A stretch of 64,000 nt of DNA from Podarcis tiliguerta (taxonomy: Eukaryota), in NCBI GenBank assembly GCA_965153285.1, contig OZ229113.1. One strand, given 5' to 3'. The notes beneath the pieces are model-generated. The model saw only the letters and a program-made list of their open reading frames with translations. It made no database searches and was not told the origin of the DNA. Positions within the stretch are counted from its first letter, which is position 1. Every line of letters begins with the position of its first letter. The translations under genes and the position numbers were made by a program. This document shows positions 25,370-39,828 of the stretch, in pieces.

Positions 25370-28300
25370 TCATTGTTGTGCTTCAGCTTACTTAGATTGC
25401 ATAATTACTACTTCCCTAAAAGTCCTTCCAGGAGGTTGAGGAGACTCACCATCTTTGTGGGAGGAGTTGGGAGAGTGCTATAGTTGGGAGGAAATGAATC
25501 ACCCCAAGCAGAGCAGAAAAATCCCACCCCACATGAGAGCATGACTCTTCCACCCACTTTGGGGAAATAATTTCATCTCCAACTGCAGCCCCGTACAACT
25601 CGGACCACAATTTTTGGTAACTCCCAGCAAACCTTTCAGAGGGTTTCATGGAGGATTAGAGGAAGGAAACGCTAATTGCTTAATGAACACTCATTCATTT
25701 TGCAGTTGGTTTAGAAAATTTTGGCTGTGAAATGTTTAGGTATAAAAATGACCCTGCAGGGTTTTTTTTCAGGAATACTCTTTTTGTGAATATGCAATAG
25801 AATTAGAATAGGAGAACAGTCAAGGACAAGAAAGGCATAGTGGATGTAAACAAATTTATGATAAAATCATGCTTAATGGATTTTTGATTTATTTTTGTTG
25901 TTGTTGTTTAACTGTTTGAGGTCAAGTGGGAGGTCAATTTTCAGTGGCATTTGCATCAAAATACTGAAAGAAAACAGACTAATTAAGGCAATCCATCAAT
26001 TTCAGCATACTTCACTTGAATACTGAACATCAGCCAATGCTAGTAATACTTTGTTCTCAACTCATACATATGCACACATACTTGGGAGTAAGTGCTGTTC
26101 ATCCCAGTGAAACTTACAAATTAAACAAGCTCAGAAACAGAGACAGCAACTTACATTTGGTAATAAGATTTGTAAAGGTAACCCAAGATCTCCCTACAAA
26201 AGGCAAAACATGGAGAGTGGTTACAGGGTCAGGGCTTAGAAAATTGGGAGACTTCTTAGTAAAAAGGGACACAATTGTAACATACACGAACATTCTTATA
26301 ATGGTACACTGGTTGAATATTTAAGCTACTGACTGTTATTTTGTTAGCAGAATTAGCTAAGTCCGATAGCAAAGGCTGAAAACTTTATCGCCCATCTGCA
26401 GGAAACATGGCCTCTTAAGCCAAAAGAAATGCATGTTCAGCATCAAATCTCTGCAGAATTGTCAGCACACATACTTTCAATTAGAATCAGCACCACTTCT
26501 ATATATGTAAGAACTCCAATACTCAGTTTTTAAGTGCTCATAGCATTTCAGTTACATTTCCTCAGCCATCTTTAAAGCAACACTCTGCAGTAGGGCATAT
26601 TTACAGGTAATGGGGTTTATCTAAGAGTAGCAGCGAAGGTTAACCAGTGAGTTCATGGTTGGGCACATATTTGATACAGACATTTCCAGCTTAAAACTTG
26701 TGCAATGGCACAATGCAATGGCAGCTTCATATCATTTGTTTCCGACAGCCTCACAAAATGTTTTTTCTCCTTTCACAATGATTGCCAGCCTTTCTTAATG
26801 ATTCATAGAGTGTATGCACTTAATTACACCAGTCCTTTCAAAAACATGTATTTGTCATAAGATGCCCTTGTCTGCAACTGAAAAAGTAGACGAGGGGTAG
26901 CCAGACAGTGTTGGACTATAACTTCCATCAGTGCCAGCCAGGATGTTGGGATGATGGGATCTGTAGTCCAAAAACATCTGCAGGATGGCACCACATTGCC
27001 TATCCCTAATGGACACACTCAATTCAACACATCCTGGTTTATTTGGAGCTACACAACCTATCCTGGTTGAGGAAATTTTCCTTGAGGACCTCCAAAATGT
27101 CTGTGTGCACTTGGACGTCATTCCTCAACATTTGCTTCCTCTAAACAAAAGGAAAGCACATTGTAGATTGGCAAAGTTTAAAAGTTTCATAAAAATATTA
27201 CCATGCATAAAACTGAATTCCTGTAATCGCAGCAAATTATGCTGTCCTGCTGTTCAGCTAAGGAAATCTCCGTTTCAGAATTTTAAGTCACAAATGGGGC
27301 TGGCAATAAAATGTTGCAGCACATCCTTACCCCATGACAGGAGATCTCCTGTACAGGGTTCCAGTCAGCTACAGCATACTTCAAGGTATTATAAGCAGAA
27401 AGAGGATCAACTCACTCTTCCGCTAGTTTTTTATTTGTTTTTTCCAAGTGACACTCAATATTTTTAGGGTCCTGGAGGCCATTGAAGGTTCACCTCATTT
27501 GGCTATTTGAGGATGGAGTTTCTCCCTTTGGAGTCTTTTGAAAATGTTTTATATTGCATACTGCAGAGTTCACTCAAGCAAACTGACATCTCTCTCTATT
27601 TTCTCAGCAGCCCAGTTTTAGATCAAATCTCACTGGCACTCAACCACATGGGATTGTAATCAGAGGGAATAATTTTTTCCTGATTAATCCAAAGAAACTC
27701 GAGTGCATATGCAACTGCTCCTTGGGACAGTTACACTTAACACACACACACCATCATCTTTGGCAGGTGGGGAAAATGTACCTTACGACCCCCTCCCTCA
27801 CTATCTGGAAGTGCCTTCAGAGTGTGGTAGGAAGGTAAGCCCTGCTATGTAATTGGAAATTCCCAACATAGCTTTTTGAATAAAGCGAAATCTGCAAAAA
27901 TATTCTGAATGCAAACTGTTATATACTGAACCTTCTTGATTTCAAACTATTTAAAAGATCCATTCTCTCCTAGAATGCTGAAATGAAATAAACTGAAATT
28001 AATTCTATGCTCAATGCAAGATCAAGACCGTTAGCATTCATATGGAATGCTATAGAAACCACATATTGTATCATACAGCATTTCTTTCGATAGTTTGCAG
28101 ACTCAGAGTACTTCATACTACCACTATTTACATTTTTAAGAAATTAAGATTCCCAAGGATATTTACATATAACATTAACTTGGCTTTATAGAATGCTAAC
28201 GGCACGTAAACACTGTTGACTTATTTAGTTGACATATATGTCCAGCAGACTCCAATTTCATACACATTGAGCTATTGTTGAAGAATGCATTGTACTCAAA

Positions 28301-29879
28301 TGCAATCATTTCCTTTTTGCTTTCTGGCAAGTTGTATGTATTACATATGCTGAAGACTATGTCTTCCAAGTTGTGAAATGGATGCCAGATCTCTGTACAT
28401 TTGACCTTTTTCATGGGTATCTTGTGTTTTGTAGGTGAGTGAGCAAGACCCTCCACAAGCACAAGTTTAGTTCTATATAACACCCCAGTGGGAGAGCCCA
28501 AATACTTTAACCACGACAGCATAAAGATAGGCTCAAGGAAGTGATGCACACAGACTAATGACTTCATGCTAGCATTTGAAGAACAGTCTACCACTTCATA
28601 GCATAACTTTCAACAGATGTTGGGAAAGCATACTCTTGTCAAAATCCACATGATTCAAAGATTTTCACAAAGATCCTAGTGCATAATGAAAGGTTAAAAT
28701 AACGGCACAGAAACAATACATCTTTTAAAAGTACAAATAAATCAAAGAATGAAAAAGCCAAAGGCTGGAAGAGCATTCGACATGCACCAATAATTCAATT
28801 TTCCTGTTCCCTAGTAAGAATGTAGAGCAATCCTCTCTTCAATATGGAGACTAAGAAAGAGACCACAACCACAAGAACGAATCATTAGTGCCTTCACATC
28901 AATTTTCATGCAATCAAAAGTTTTCATGAACTTAACGTTGCAATTTAAATACCTTCACCTATAATGAATTCAGTGATTTGTCTATGTACTCCAGGAAGAA
29001 TAATTTCAAACTTAACTCTGAATTCATACCAACTTCAGCGAAGACTTATACCTCAAATTGTAATTAGGGTTTTGTGTTCTCCCCACCCCCAAGCACAAGA
29101 CAATTAAAGACTGAATCAGTAAAACAAAATAACATAAATGAAATCAGTAAACTATTCTTCCCACAGACCATTAGTCTCTACTTTCAACACTGCTGGAAAA
29201 AGCTTTGACCAAGGCCACAGCTAAGCGTATTTCATGAGTTTTGTAAGTAAGTGGTAAGAGACCCACCATGACCATGCTTTTGCCAAATACCAACATCTGT
29301 AGGCCTGAAATATCTATCAAGAAGTACTGAGCACAAGACAACAATTTCTCTGAGCACTTTTACCACCACTCAAATAAAAAGCAACTCTCCACTGGCTTAT
29401 CTGGCTCTACTCCATGGCTTTTAAAAACCTCAAACTCACACAAAAATATTTCTACTGAATGCATAGGTGCAGAACGCTGATACAACGGCAAACATTAAAT
29501 GGTGTCACCAGATGTGACGGCAACTAAAATGTTGCCTTAAGGGTTAGGTCTTTCAAGAGAATTGTACACATAGGCTCCATAGGCCCATCAGTGCCTTCAG
29601 CATCCAGGTAAGTTTAAGGGGGAAATGGTGCATCATGGGAGGACTGATGAGCATGCAGTTGAGCTGTGAGTGACTTTTGCAGTTCAGACTACCACTGAGG
29701 ATGGCAGATACTCTTTCTAGCATGCTCATGCTGAGCACTTTGTCTAACACATCCCACACAATGGACAGGACATTTGTCTTCGCCCAGCATTCTTTCTTTC
29801 AAGTGCACAAGGCCAGGCAAACTTGCCATGCAAATCATATCTGCATATTAAAACTCACTGGACCACTCACTCTCACCCT

Positions 29880-30033
29880 CCATTCTGTTAGGTGGAACAT
29901 GTTAAGATTTGGATGCTGTAGGATGGGCAAAATAGATACTGCCCCACCTTGCAGGGTTGTTTTATGGGTTGCTGAAAATAAGGACGTGAAGTGCTTTGAA
30001 CACCCAAAAGTACTATATAGATGTTGAGTACTA
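29880..30033 (+). mobile_element. Old MIR/CORE-like SINE remnant (similar remnants at ~6585-6720, ~43350-43450, ~56090-56220)
   Basis: ctgtaggatggg...ccaccttgcagggttgtttt...gtgaagtgctttgaacac...gtactatatagatg resembles the CORE/MIR 3' region. Confidence 0.5.
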
Positions 30034-31599
30034 TATCAAAGTACTTTGTAAAAATAAAAAAAAACCTACTTTTTGTTCCCCGTGAATAAGGAAAACCAGA
30101 AGCCTATCTCATCTATTGTGCACACCTAATTAAAAGAGCTTAATGCTTAGATCTCAAATTATTTAGGCTAAGAATGCAAACTTTGTTTGGACGCTTTGTC
30201 TCAAAATACACAGAGCCAAGATGCCAGCAAAGCAAACTGCATATTATCATTGTCAATGTAAATCACGGGTCTTGCTTTGCTGTAATCCTTTGCAGTGAGA
30301 AGCTGGCACAGGGCCAGGCAAAAGCACATAATTTAAACACTCAATCAGTTACATTCCAAGGCATTTGTTTAGTGTTTAATAGGCTCTCCAGGGATGAGAA
30401 AATTACTAAAGTGCATTGTTTTGACATGAGACAGAGTGAGTCATCGGTTGTCACTAAATTTGGGGGGCTTCAGTATTTATTGTCTGAGACGAACTTCTTA
30501 AAAAACACATTATACATCAGCACATATGTGCAGGCACTCACATGTGCATTACAATAAATGTGCTTGCTTAAACCATTATGGCACAGGAAATGTTTTCTGG
30601 TTCTCAAATTCTCTCTCTAGATTTAGGATTCTATTATATACATTCATGTTCTACATTACAATTATAGACAGATTTAATACACTTTCCCTTTCAAAGAGAC
30701 CACATTTAGCTTGCTCATACTTGGCACATACAAAACTATTGAAATTCCGAATCAAGGGAAATAAACATTCTGTTCTCAAAGCAAGCTTGACATCAACATG
30801 AGGATTTAAAGTTAATGCAAAATTCACTTATTGAAATCTGAATTTGTACATGTTTTGTAAGTGAGAACTATTCCGCAGGTCTGATAATAGTCTACCTGTT
30901 GTTCATGCACACTGAGCTCTGCGCCCTCTGCAGCCAGGCAGAACACAAACCATAAACCTAAAACATGTTTTAACCTATTAGAGGTGTAACATTTTTATAC
31001 AACTACAAATGAAAAATATCTCAAGGGGTTCCAAAAAGAGAGATTAATGAAATTTATAAGTGATTTTTTAAAATGCTTCAATTGTGATCCACTGGATTTG
31101 TAATACTATTCTTCACTGTCATGTTACTATTATCTTCTCTCGCTTGTGCTGGTATTTCAGAAACATTGCCAACTAGGATGTTCAATAGTGTGGCCTTCTC
31201 CCAAATGTAAGTTACTTTGGGGGAGATTCAGTGGGCAGGTTTTAGCATACTCAGGCTACAACTGACTGCCACATTTAGCATCAGAAAGGTATTTTCCTCT
31301 AGGACAAACTGGTGAGAGAACACGAGGTGCTTTTTTTCCCTTCCAAAACACATGACTTAGTTTGAATTATTCAAGCATCTGACCCACCTTCCCTTTGTCT
31401 GTGGCATGCTGATCTGGAAAATGTGAATTGATCTGGTGGGTAAATGGCTTTTCTTTGGAGGAGCTGGAAACAATGGCTTTTGGTCCATTCAAATAACACA
31501 GTTCTAAAAATACATGAAATGCCTTAAAAATAATCATCCTGTTAGAAAGGATGGAATGAAAAAGGTTAGCATTTGTACAGCTAAGATTATTATTATTAT

Positions 31600-31631
<32 letters not shown>

Positions 31632-31632
31632 A

Positions 31633-32170
31633 TATACTGCCCTTCCTCCAAATTTCACAGGGGGGTTCACAGCATAAAAATACAAAATGAGAACACCAAA
31701 TACACAAAACCAAACCAATACCCCCACTCCCATAAACATATTCAAGAAGCCACAGAATGTTAATTAGCCAAAGTCCTGGTGCCTAAAGATATGTAATGAA
31801 AGCGCCACGCAAGCCCCGCTGGGGACAGCATTCCACAACTGAAGAGCCACCGCAGAAAAGGCTCGCTCTTGTGTTGCCAGCCTCTTGACCTCTCATGGAG
31901 GAGGCACACAAAGATAGGCCTCAAATGATAACTGTAGGTCCAGGTTGGTTCTTATGGGGAGAGGTGGTCCTTGAGTTATTGCGGTCCTGAGTCACTTAAA
32001 GCTCTATAAATCAAAACCAGCATTTTTATTTGGGCCTAGAAACTAACTGGCAACCAGTGCAGTCATGTCAGGATCAGTGCAGTATGTTTAAACCCTCTTG
32101 CCCCGGTGAGCATCCTGGCCATCAAATTCTGCACCAGATGAAGTTTCCAAACCGTCTTCAGAGGCAGTTT
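31633..32170 (-). mobile_element. L2-type LINE 3' portion with microsatellite tail ((ATT)n(AGT)n at 31586-31632)
   Basis: Typical minus-strand L2 motifs gcattccacaa..gccaccgcagaaaagg, aactggcaaccagtgcag, ttctgcaccagatgaagtttcc. Confidence 0.75.
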
Positions 32171-34728
32171 GTTGCATTCAAGCCCAGTGAATTAGCCATG
32201 TACTGTCCCCATAAGCGAAACCCAGCCGCCTCCTGTCCTGTGTTCAAAGCCCTATAAGGAATCTGCATATAACCCCCTTTAAACTGTTATCATTGTACCT
32301 GTGTAGAGCCTGGAATCAGCAGTGCACATTCAACAGATAACTGTATCCTCTCTTTGAGCAATAGTTTTCAAACCCCTGAACACAGGGGAAAATAATCTAA
32401 AAACAGTAGCAAATAGCAGCATTATTTTCTCCTGCCCTGCAAAACACACTGATAAAAACATCAATAAACAATTATTAGATTTCCACAGATGATTCAAACA
32501 CCCCATCCTTTGAAATTTCAGAAAGCCTATTTCGCAATCTCTTAGACAGTAGGCAAGTAAGACACCTTTCAGTCCTGTCTGTGGAAAAATTGGCAGCACC
32601 TAAAACCCAGAATCCAAAGTCTTTGATAAGTGTGGCCATGACTTATCCCTCCTGGAATCCAACCTTAACCTCAAAACAGATGGGATGTCAGAGGTGTTGT
32701 TAGAACTTTGCCAACTGTGTGCATATCCTACCCTTTTACACTCCCCCCCCCGCTTCATATAAATGATGGATTGTGATAATTAATCATTAATACAGTAATC
32801 AGCCAGGTGTTTAAACATTTTGGGGTGAGCTTCCTAGGAAAGAACCTTAAAGTAAAAGGCAGGGTGCTTGCATTCAGCAATAGCCACAGTCTACAAAAAA
32901 GTTTTAAGACTTCTCTCACAGGAAATTGAGAGGGGGCTGTTATCTTGTCTGAGCACAGGGATGCTACTGCTGTGGAAAAGAAGGCTAGCAGCAAGTCCCC
33001 TTTACGTATACTTAAGTAACAGTATTGCCCATCTACAAAGTTAAAAGAAACAAAACATAATGACCACCTGCAGAGTTAGAGAAGTTTTAGCAAAGTATAT
33101 GAAACAGTTTTGCAAAAACTTACAAACACTGGTTAGAGGTACAGGACTTCTAAGAAACAGTAAGCAAAAAAAGACCCAATTCTTATACTGGGCAGAACAG
33201 ACATCCTGAAAAGGTAATATCTACAAGAGGCCCTCATTTGCGGAGCACAGTGATCCTAAGGTACATAAGGGGTAAGATGACTTTTCAGGTATCAAATCAT
33301 ATACAGCATAATTCTATTGATGTTTGCTTGAAGGTAGGACTGGTAGGACTGCACTGTAAACTCAACTGGGCGTGGGAGACATAATTAATAGTTAGTATCA
33401 TAACGTATCCAAGGGCATTGAACATTAATATACCTGTGACTGTAAAACGCAACAACATGTTTGTGTATTTAATGCATCTCTGATGTTCCTATGTTATCTT
33501 ATTTTTCTGTTTCTGAAATTCTAATTTAAAAAATGTTAAAGCTCACCACACCACTCCTCAATAAAAACTACCCATGCTCCTATTACACACTCCTGTCTGT
33601 CTGTCAACTTCCTCTTGGAACAACATGAGGCTAGCCTGATTTCTGTGCACGTAAGTCCTGCAGGCACTAAACACATACGGACTGGGAAAACTTACAGAAA
33701 TGGAGAACAGTTTTTTAAAAAAATAAAATAAAACAGCCACTTCAGCAAGTTAAGTGTACCAATTACATGGTGCATATTAGGGCAACAAATTTCTCCTTGC
33801 CTTCTCAATGCCATATGCCCGTCTTTTTTCAACTATAGTTTCCATTCACCATTGCAAACATGTGTTGCCATTTAAATGTCAAGAAAGGTATCTCTCAACT
33901 ATCCCCCTTATGTATGATGAAATGAAATGGCAGACTGAATGGAGCCATGAAGCATGCCATTAGCAGTTATTCACACTTCTGTTTTTCTTTAACTTCTGTC
34001 CCTCTGAAGTGTATTCATTCTGCACATGGATGTTTAACTATAATGACATCCATGACTCATAATCCAGAAAATATAACGTCAGAAATGAACTGCAGTGGTA
34101 AACTGTATGCGTTGTGTGTGGGGTTTTTTAAGCCACCTTAAATAAACCCATCCAGTTTCTAGACGGAAGATTCTTCTGCAACTCTCTTAATCCCACCATC
34201 AGCACTGATGATTCAAAATTATTTTCTTTAAAAACCCTTTACTACAGTCCCATGTCCAGTTACCCATCCTTTCATAGAGCACTTGTTCATTCAGGATCAA
34301 ATGAGGCTGTGCAATTTTTCCAAACAGACAGCCTCAGAAAACATGAAAGGCACTTCCCACATAAACACACAAGCAGTGGTGAAAGACCATACACAGAGCA
34401 TCATTCAGAATGAAAATTAACATACAAGATTATTTACAGGCAATGGTATGACTGAGGTCACAGGGCTGGCAGGCCTAAGAGTTCCAAAGACATGAGCTGA
34501 ACACCACAAGTATACCAAGACTTAAGTAATACTCAGGAGTTAAAAATAGTTTGCCTTTCAGTGTCAGGGGCTTGGGACCTCAAACGAAGATCTGCTAGTG
34601 AAAGACACATAACTTTGCTCACTAGACCTAAGGAAGTTATCCTAGGGCTAATATATCACTAATAGCTTCAGGAGAAATCCCTATAGTCCCATACAGTTTG
34701 GGGGACATATTGTGGCATTTTCCAGATA

Positions 34729-34949
34729 CAGTGGTACCTCGGGTTACATATGCTTCAGGTTACAGACTCAGCTAACCCAGAAATAGTGCCTCGGGTTAAG
34801 AACTTTGATTCAGGATAAGAACAGAAATCCTGCTCTGGTGGTGCGGCGGCGGCAGGAGGCCCCATTAGCTAAAGTGGTGCTTCAGGTTAAGAACAGTTTC
34901 AGGTTAAGAACGGATCTCCGGAACGAATTAAGTACGTAACCAGAGGTAC
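34729..34949 (+). mobile_element. Tc1/mariner-type MITE family A, copy 3 (right TIR eroded)
   Basis: ta|cagtggtacctcgggttaca...gaacgaattaagtacgtaaccagaggtac; high similarity to 431-672. Confidence 0.88.
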
Positions 34950-35888
34950 AAATATATATCTAACTATCTTGAATACCCCACAACAGGTTTTCCAAATTGC
35001 ACTGCATATAACCTTTGAGATACACATGCTAGACTACTTGCAAAAGCCCCACTACATATGTGCAATGTTCCAGCACAAGTAAAGGAACCTACTGGATTGC
35101 AATCGTTGTCAGCTTGGTTTCAATCGTGTTTCAAAAATAATCCCTATAGGGGATTTCATCAGGTAATCCCTGAAAAACAATGATTTGGTTGAAAAGTTGA
35201 AGTGAGTGCAATATAATTAGAGATCCCAATCCAGAATAAAAGCACTTAAAGTTAATTGAGATCAGTGGGACAGCTAGTCAGTCACATCTCATTTAAGTCT
35301 CATAAAGTTAAAGGCAACTAATTTTAACTGAAATGGGTGTGAATTGTATCTGAATACTTAAATATTCTGATCTGCAATGTGCTCCCAACATATAAACCTG
35401 ATTAATTTCAATATGGCATGCAGGAAAGAGTGTTCTTTTGTAAACCGTGACTTTAGAAAGACCACATGGCAAACAATGCATTCACCCTATTTACAACTAG
35501 GGTTGCCAGCTGATCGGGGGGGGGGGGGCATGTGCTGGTGCATTTAACAACAGACAAGCAAATATTACGATTGCCTGGTAATGTCTGCAGATCAAACTGC
35601 TGTTAAAAGGTAAATGTATGGGACACAGAAGGCTTGTTGGAAAGTTGGCAACTGTTTTTACAAAGTTATAATATAGGGAGTCAGAGCTGCCTACACCTTC
35701 TCCCTTCCAGTCTACTGAAAGCGCTACATCAGTCCTGATGCAATCTAACTTATCATCTCCAGGCCTGCAATGACTTGCCACATACAGTACTAATGAACAA
35801 ATGATAAACTCTCCAGACTGCACTGTAACCTGAACAGATTGGGACTTACTCTAAAGTAAATATTCCTATAAGTATACTGCAAAACACT

Positions 35889-35973
35889 TGCAATTCTATA
35901 TACACTTACCGGAAGGTAAGTCTCAATGTATTCAAGGGGACTTACTTCTGAATAAACATGTATAGGATTGCAC
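35889..35973. repeat. ~85-bp palindromic interspersed repeat; degenerate copies at ~14142-14228, ~46935-47020, ~57880-57960
   Basis: tgcaattctatata...gtaagtctc / ggacttac...tgtataggattgca has inverted symmetry, and the same motif recurs at the listed loci. Confidence 0.6.
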
Positions 35974-36510
35974 TATTAAAAGTAGCTTTGTAAGAGTAGT
36001 TTTATATTCCATGATTGAATTTCTTTCAAGTAGTTTTTAAGTGAATCGTTCGCCAGTAAATGTAACCACAGGCTGCAAGGAAATTGCTCTGCCTTCTTTG
36101 TATTCATTAGCAGCAACGGTTACATACTTTGTGTGAAATTTCAACGGCATGGTTCAGAAAGGTGGTTATAAAATTTTAAATATTATTTCCCTCTCTCTCA
36201 CACACCTCATTGGCAGAAATAGTTAAAAAGAGACCTGTTAATGAAGTCATTATCTGCTTATCATACACCTTTTTTTCCTGAAGAATTCTGTTTGAAGTCA
36301 AATAGTTTTAACTTTTCAGACTACTATGTTAATAATATTTTATAACCTGCAATGTGAAATCTGCGAAGGTGTTCCACTGTTAACTAACAATAGTATCCTG
36401 CCCTCAGGGTAGTTTGAGTTAATAAGGCTTCACTCTCCCCCCTATATGATGTAATGCATTTACATTTATTACTGTGCCTGAGAGATTTTGCGGGTGTATG
36501 AAAAATCATA

Positions 36511-36540
36511 GGAATGACTCAGCAAGTGACATGATGTCAT
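36511..36540 (+). promoter_or_regulatory. Candidate enhancer motif cluster: TEAD-like GGAATG overlapping AP-1/ARE TGACTCAGCA, plus ATGATGTCAT
   Basis: ggaatgactcagcaagtgacatgatgtcat; motif match only. Confidence 0.3.
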
Positions 36541-37517
36541 ACTGGTAGTAAGTGGCAAAGCTGTTCGTCTAAGAAGCCTCCAGCCATAGTCACTGGGAAC
36601 CAGGTGGTTTCCAGATCCTTAGCAGTTTTCTGTTGGTGCAGTTGCTTAAAGCTTACCACCACATATCTTGACCTCCCTTGTCAAAGAATGCTTTCCTGTA
36701 TTACCTTACCTTGAACTCAATTGACAGCCTGTGGTATGTGTAGAATGGCAGAAACAACATCATCAACACTGCACACAGAGTATCAAGTGAAAATTCTTAA
36801 CCGGTTAGCATTTTACCAAGGCACGAGAACCACTTGCTGCATTTATTTCCATTTTATTTGACCCTCTCATTTCCCCAGTTTTAAACGGTCTCCTTGCTTG
36901 AAACTGTGAGCTCAAATGCTTCATTACCATTTAATCTGTACCTTCAATGCATGAGCCCAGGTCCACTATCTTTCTATCCAGAAAATCATCCTATCCCACC
37001 ATAAGTTTGTATTTGAAAGGTTTAAGTTGTTGAGCTGCCTCACCACCTGAGAGAGGGTATCATCCATTTGAGCTCCCATTGAAGTATTTTGTGTTCTGGG
37101 TGCCATTTTGGGAAGGCTTGGGTCTGCTTTGATGCGAGAGGCCTCTCCTTTATCCCTTCATTTGAATACGTCTGTGAGGCAAGAATCTTTGTTTCTGTTT
37201 ATAGGCCTGCATGCCTCATCATTCAGGGCTACAAGTTTTTAATTAAGTGCGCGAAATCCTCTGACAAGGGCCAGTGTGTTTAATAAAGCTGAGGAGCTCT
37301 TACATTGAGTCTGAAGATCCATTCCCCTCACCTCTCTAGTTCTAATGTGCATGTGTGCTCCCTCTCAAGAGTGTTAAAGGGAGGATGAGGGGTGAGGAAC
37401 AGGAGAAGAGGCTGAGAGGCACCTCAAAACATTTTGCTGCCCAAGGCCGAAAAATCCAAATAATGCTCCATGGTGCTATCAAGTAATAATACATGAACAT
37501 GTGCCATCCTTTAATGG

Positions 37518-37788
37518 AGGTGTGAGAAACTTCAGGCCTAGGGTTGAATGCAGGCCCCTAGACTACATTATCTACCTCTTGAACTTCCTCCCCCAGACCA
37601 CGCTCTGGCTTTGCCTTGTACCCCTGGGTGTTTTCGAGTAGCTGGAATGTGTCTCTGAGCAAAAATGTACATCTATTGCTGTACTCATGTATTGCTGTGC
37701 TCATGGCCCTATTGACCTTTGGTGTGTGGCCCTTAAGAGGTTGCCTGAAAGGGAATGTGGCTCTCAGGTAAAAAATGTTCCCCACCTG
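37518..37788. mobile_element. Degenerate hAT-type element; related fragments at ~1735-1830 and ~59343-59420
   Basis: gaggtgtgagaaac...tgttccccacctg termini flanked by ctttaat. Its right end (gaaagggaatgtggctctcagg) is the reverse complement of the fragment near 1750-1780. Confidence 0.5.
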
Positions 37789-39293
37789 CTCTTTAATGAG
37801 ACCACACATTCGGTAACACACCTCTGTGCCTATTGGTAAGCCATCCCTACAGTGGGATGCACTCCAGTGGTGTGATGGGAGGGAGAGCATAAGGCCATAT
37901 CCAGTTCAGGATCCCTTAAATGTAGTTAAGGGGCCCCTTTGTTACATCTGCACCTGACCTAGGAAACCAAGTCAAGATTCAGTTAAGTGCCCAAAGTTAA
38001 TGTCATTGGGACAGTTTTTTCCTCAAATCCCTTCTGTAGAAATTAATGAGGCTTCAGAGTGCTTATCGTTGGCTGGATCATGTCCCCAAGATATTAACAA
38101 AGTACTTTTCCAGAATAGAGAACTGAGCCACACGACCAAGACAAATACCTGTGTCATCAATCTATCAAACAGATAAGTCAACATTTCTTTAAGCGGAGTT
38201 ATTTCCTTAGAAATCTGCTTTCCAGAATAGTGCATGTGGGATATATTAACCACTGTGTCGGTTCAGCACAAATTCCTTAACAGAAATAAACTTGCTCAGT
38301 ACCCCTAGGGTACTGATATAGCTGTTTGGCTAGTCATAGATTTGTATTTGGAAGGAGGGTAAATAGAATTTGCCCTGGATATGATAGAGAGGGGCGCAGG
38401 ACACTTCTTGTGAGACTAGACCACAAGTTAAGAGTTGTTTTGGGAAACAACTCTGAAGGAGACATATTAAAAATAGTAATTGTGTTAGTAAAAATTAGAC
38501 TGTAATAAAATCCTAATTATCATTAGAAAGAATACTATGTCCCTAGTACTGAATGGTAGAGAAGAATGATTGTTGCATCCATAAACTATGTTACTACAGT
38601 GTAATATTGTATAGACTGCAATGGAACAGGATATAGAAATACAGAATTTGGTATTGATTGCAGAATTCAGATTCCTGACAATCTCAGCTTCCATTTTATT
38701 CTTAAAGGAAGTGTGTAGCCAACAGGTTCACAAAGATATATCTAAAGTCTTACTGGAAATGTCAACTGAAATCTCAGAAATCAGAAGTGAGATGTGACTA
38801 AATAAGATTTTCGGTGGTTGGCAAGAACAGAAATCCAGAGTTCTTGCAAGAATAATAATATGAAAATGAAAAAGATATATTCCCATTTAGATTTGGTTTC
38901 CAACTTGTTATGCTCTTTTAACACTCTTTCAAAATAATTGCTTAGGGCAAGTTTTCTGCTGCAGCTCACTTAATCTCTTTGTTCAGTTGCTTCTTTTGTT
39001 CTTGGGTTTTTCTATGGCTGTAACTGATCGTCTCCATTTGTTATTGAGCTCTTCCAGTTCCACAACTAAGACAACAGGTAAAAGAGGCAAGTTATGCAGA
39101 TTTGATCTTTTTTTTTTGGTGGGGGGGGTGTGATTAATTTGCATAGTTTTTGCAGGCTAAACAATTCAGATTTTATTAGTTATTATAACTGCATCCTGGA
39201 ATTTTAATATCTAGTGCACACACCCCAGAACAAATACTGAGTACATCTATGCATCTGCTAGCCAGGTGTATAATGCAGATGTCCCACTCGCTT

Positions 39294-39465
39294 CTTCCTT
39301 CCCATTCTATGTTGAGCAATTGAGATCATACCTTTCACTTAGGTCTGCACCCATCAGTCTCCATTTAACCCAAGCTTCCTTCCCATTCTATGTTGAGCAA
39401 TTGAGCAATTGAGATCATACCTTTCACTTAGGTCTGCACCCATCAGTCTCCATTTAACCCAAGCT
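39294..39465 (+). repeat. Local tandem duplication of 81 bp; the second copy has an extra 8-bp internal duplication
   Basis: cttccttcccattctatgttgagcaattgagatc...ccatttaacccaag occurs at 39294 and again at 39375. Confidence 0.95.
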
Positions 39466-39477
39466 ACCATACTTTTA

Positions 39478-39828
39478 GGGATGCGGGTGGTGCTGTGGGT
39501 TAAACCACAGAGCCTAGGGCTTGCCGATCAGAAGGTCAGGGGTTTGAATCCCCGCAATGGGATGAGCTCCCGTTGCTCAGTCCCAGCTCCCGCCAACCTA
39601 GCAGTTTGCAAGTACGAAGTGCAAGTAGATTAATAGGTACCGCTCCGGCAGGAAGGTAAACGGCATTTCCTTGCACTGCTCTGGTTTGCCAGAAACGGCT
39701 TAGTCATGCTGGCCATATGAACCACTTGAAGCTGTATGCCAGCTCCCATGGCCAGTAAAGCGAGATGAGCGCCGCAACCCCAGAGTCATCCGCGACTGAA
39801 CCTAACGGTCAGGGGTCCCTTTACCTTT
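39478..39828 (+). mobile_element. Full-length Sauria SINE with 13-bp TSD
   Basis: gggatgcgggtggtgctgtgggttaaaccacagagcctagggcttgccgatcagaaggtc...gtgcaagtagattaataggtacc...ggggtccctttaccttt, matching the recalled lacertid Sauria SINE. TSD taccatactttta at 39465-39477 and 39829-39841. Confidence 0.9.

Noticed and set aside
26985-27467. Longest ORF in the track (160 aa)
   Set aside because: Starts in a decayed MITE, resembles no protein I recognise and has no splice support; consistent with chance.
38970-39065. Minus-strand exon-like segment (polypyrimidine tract + AG at 39067-39066, GTGAGC at 38969)
   Set aside because: Stops in all three frames and no homology; such site pairs are common by chance in long introns.
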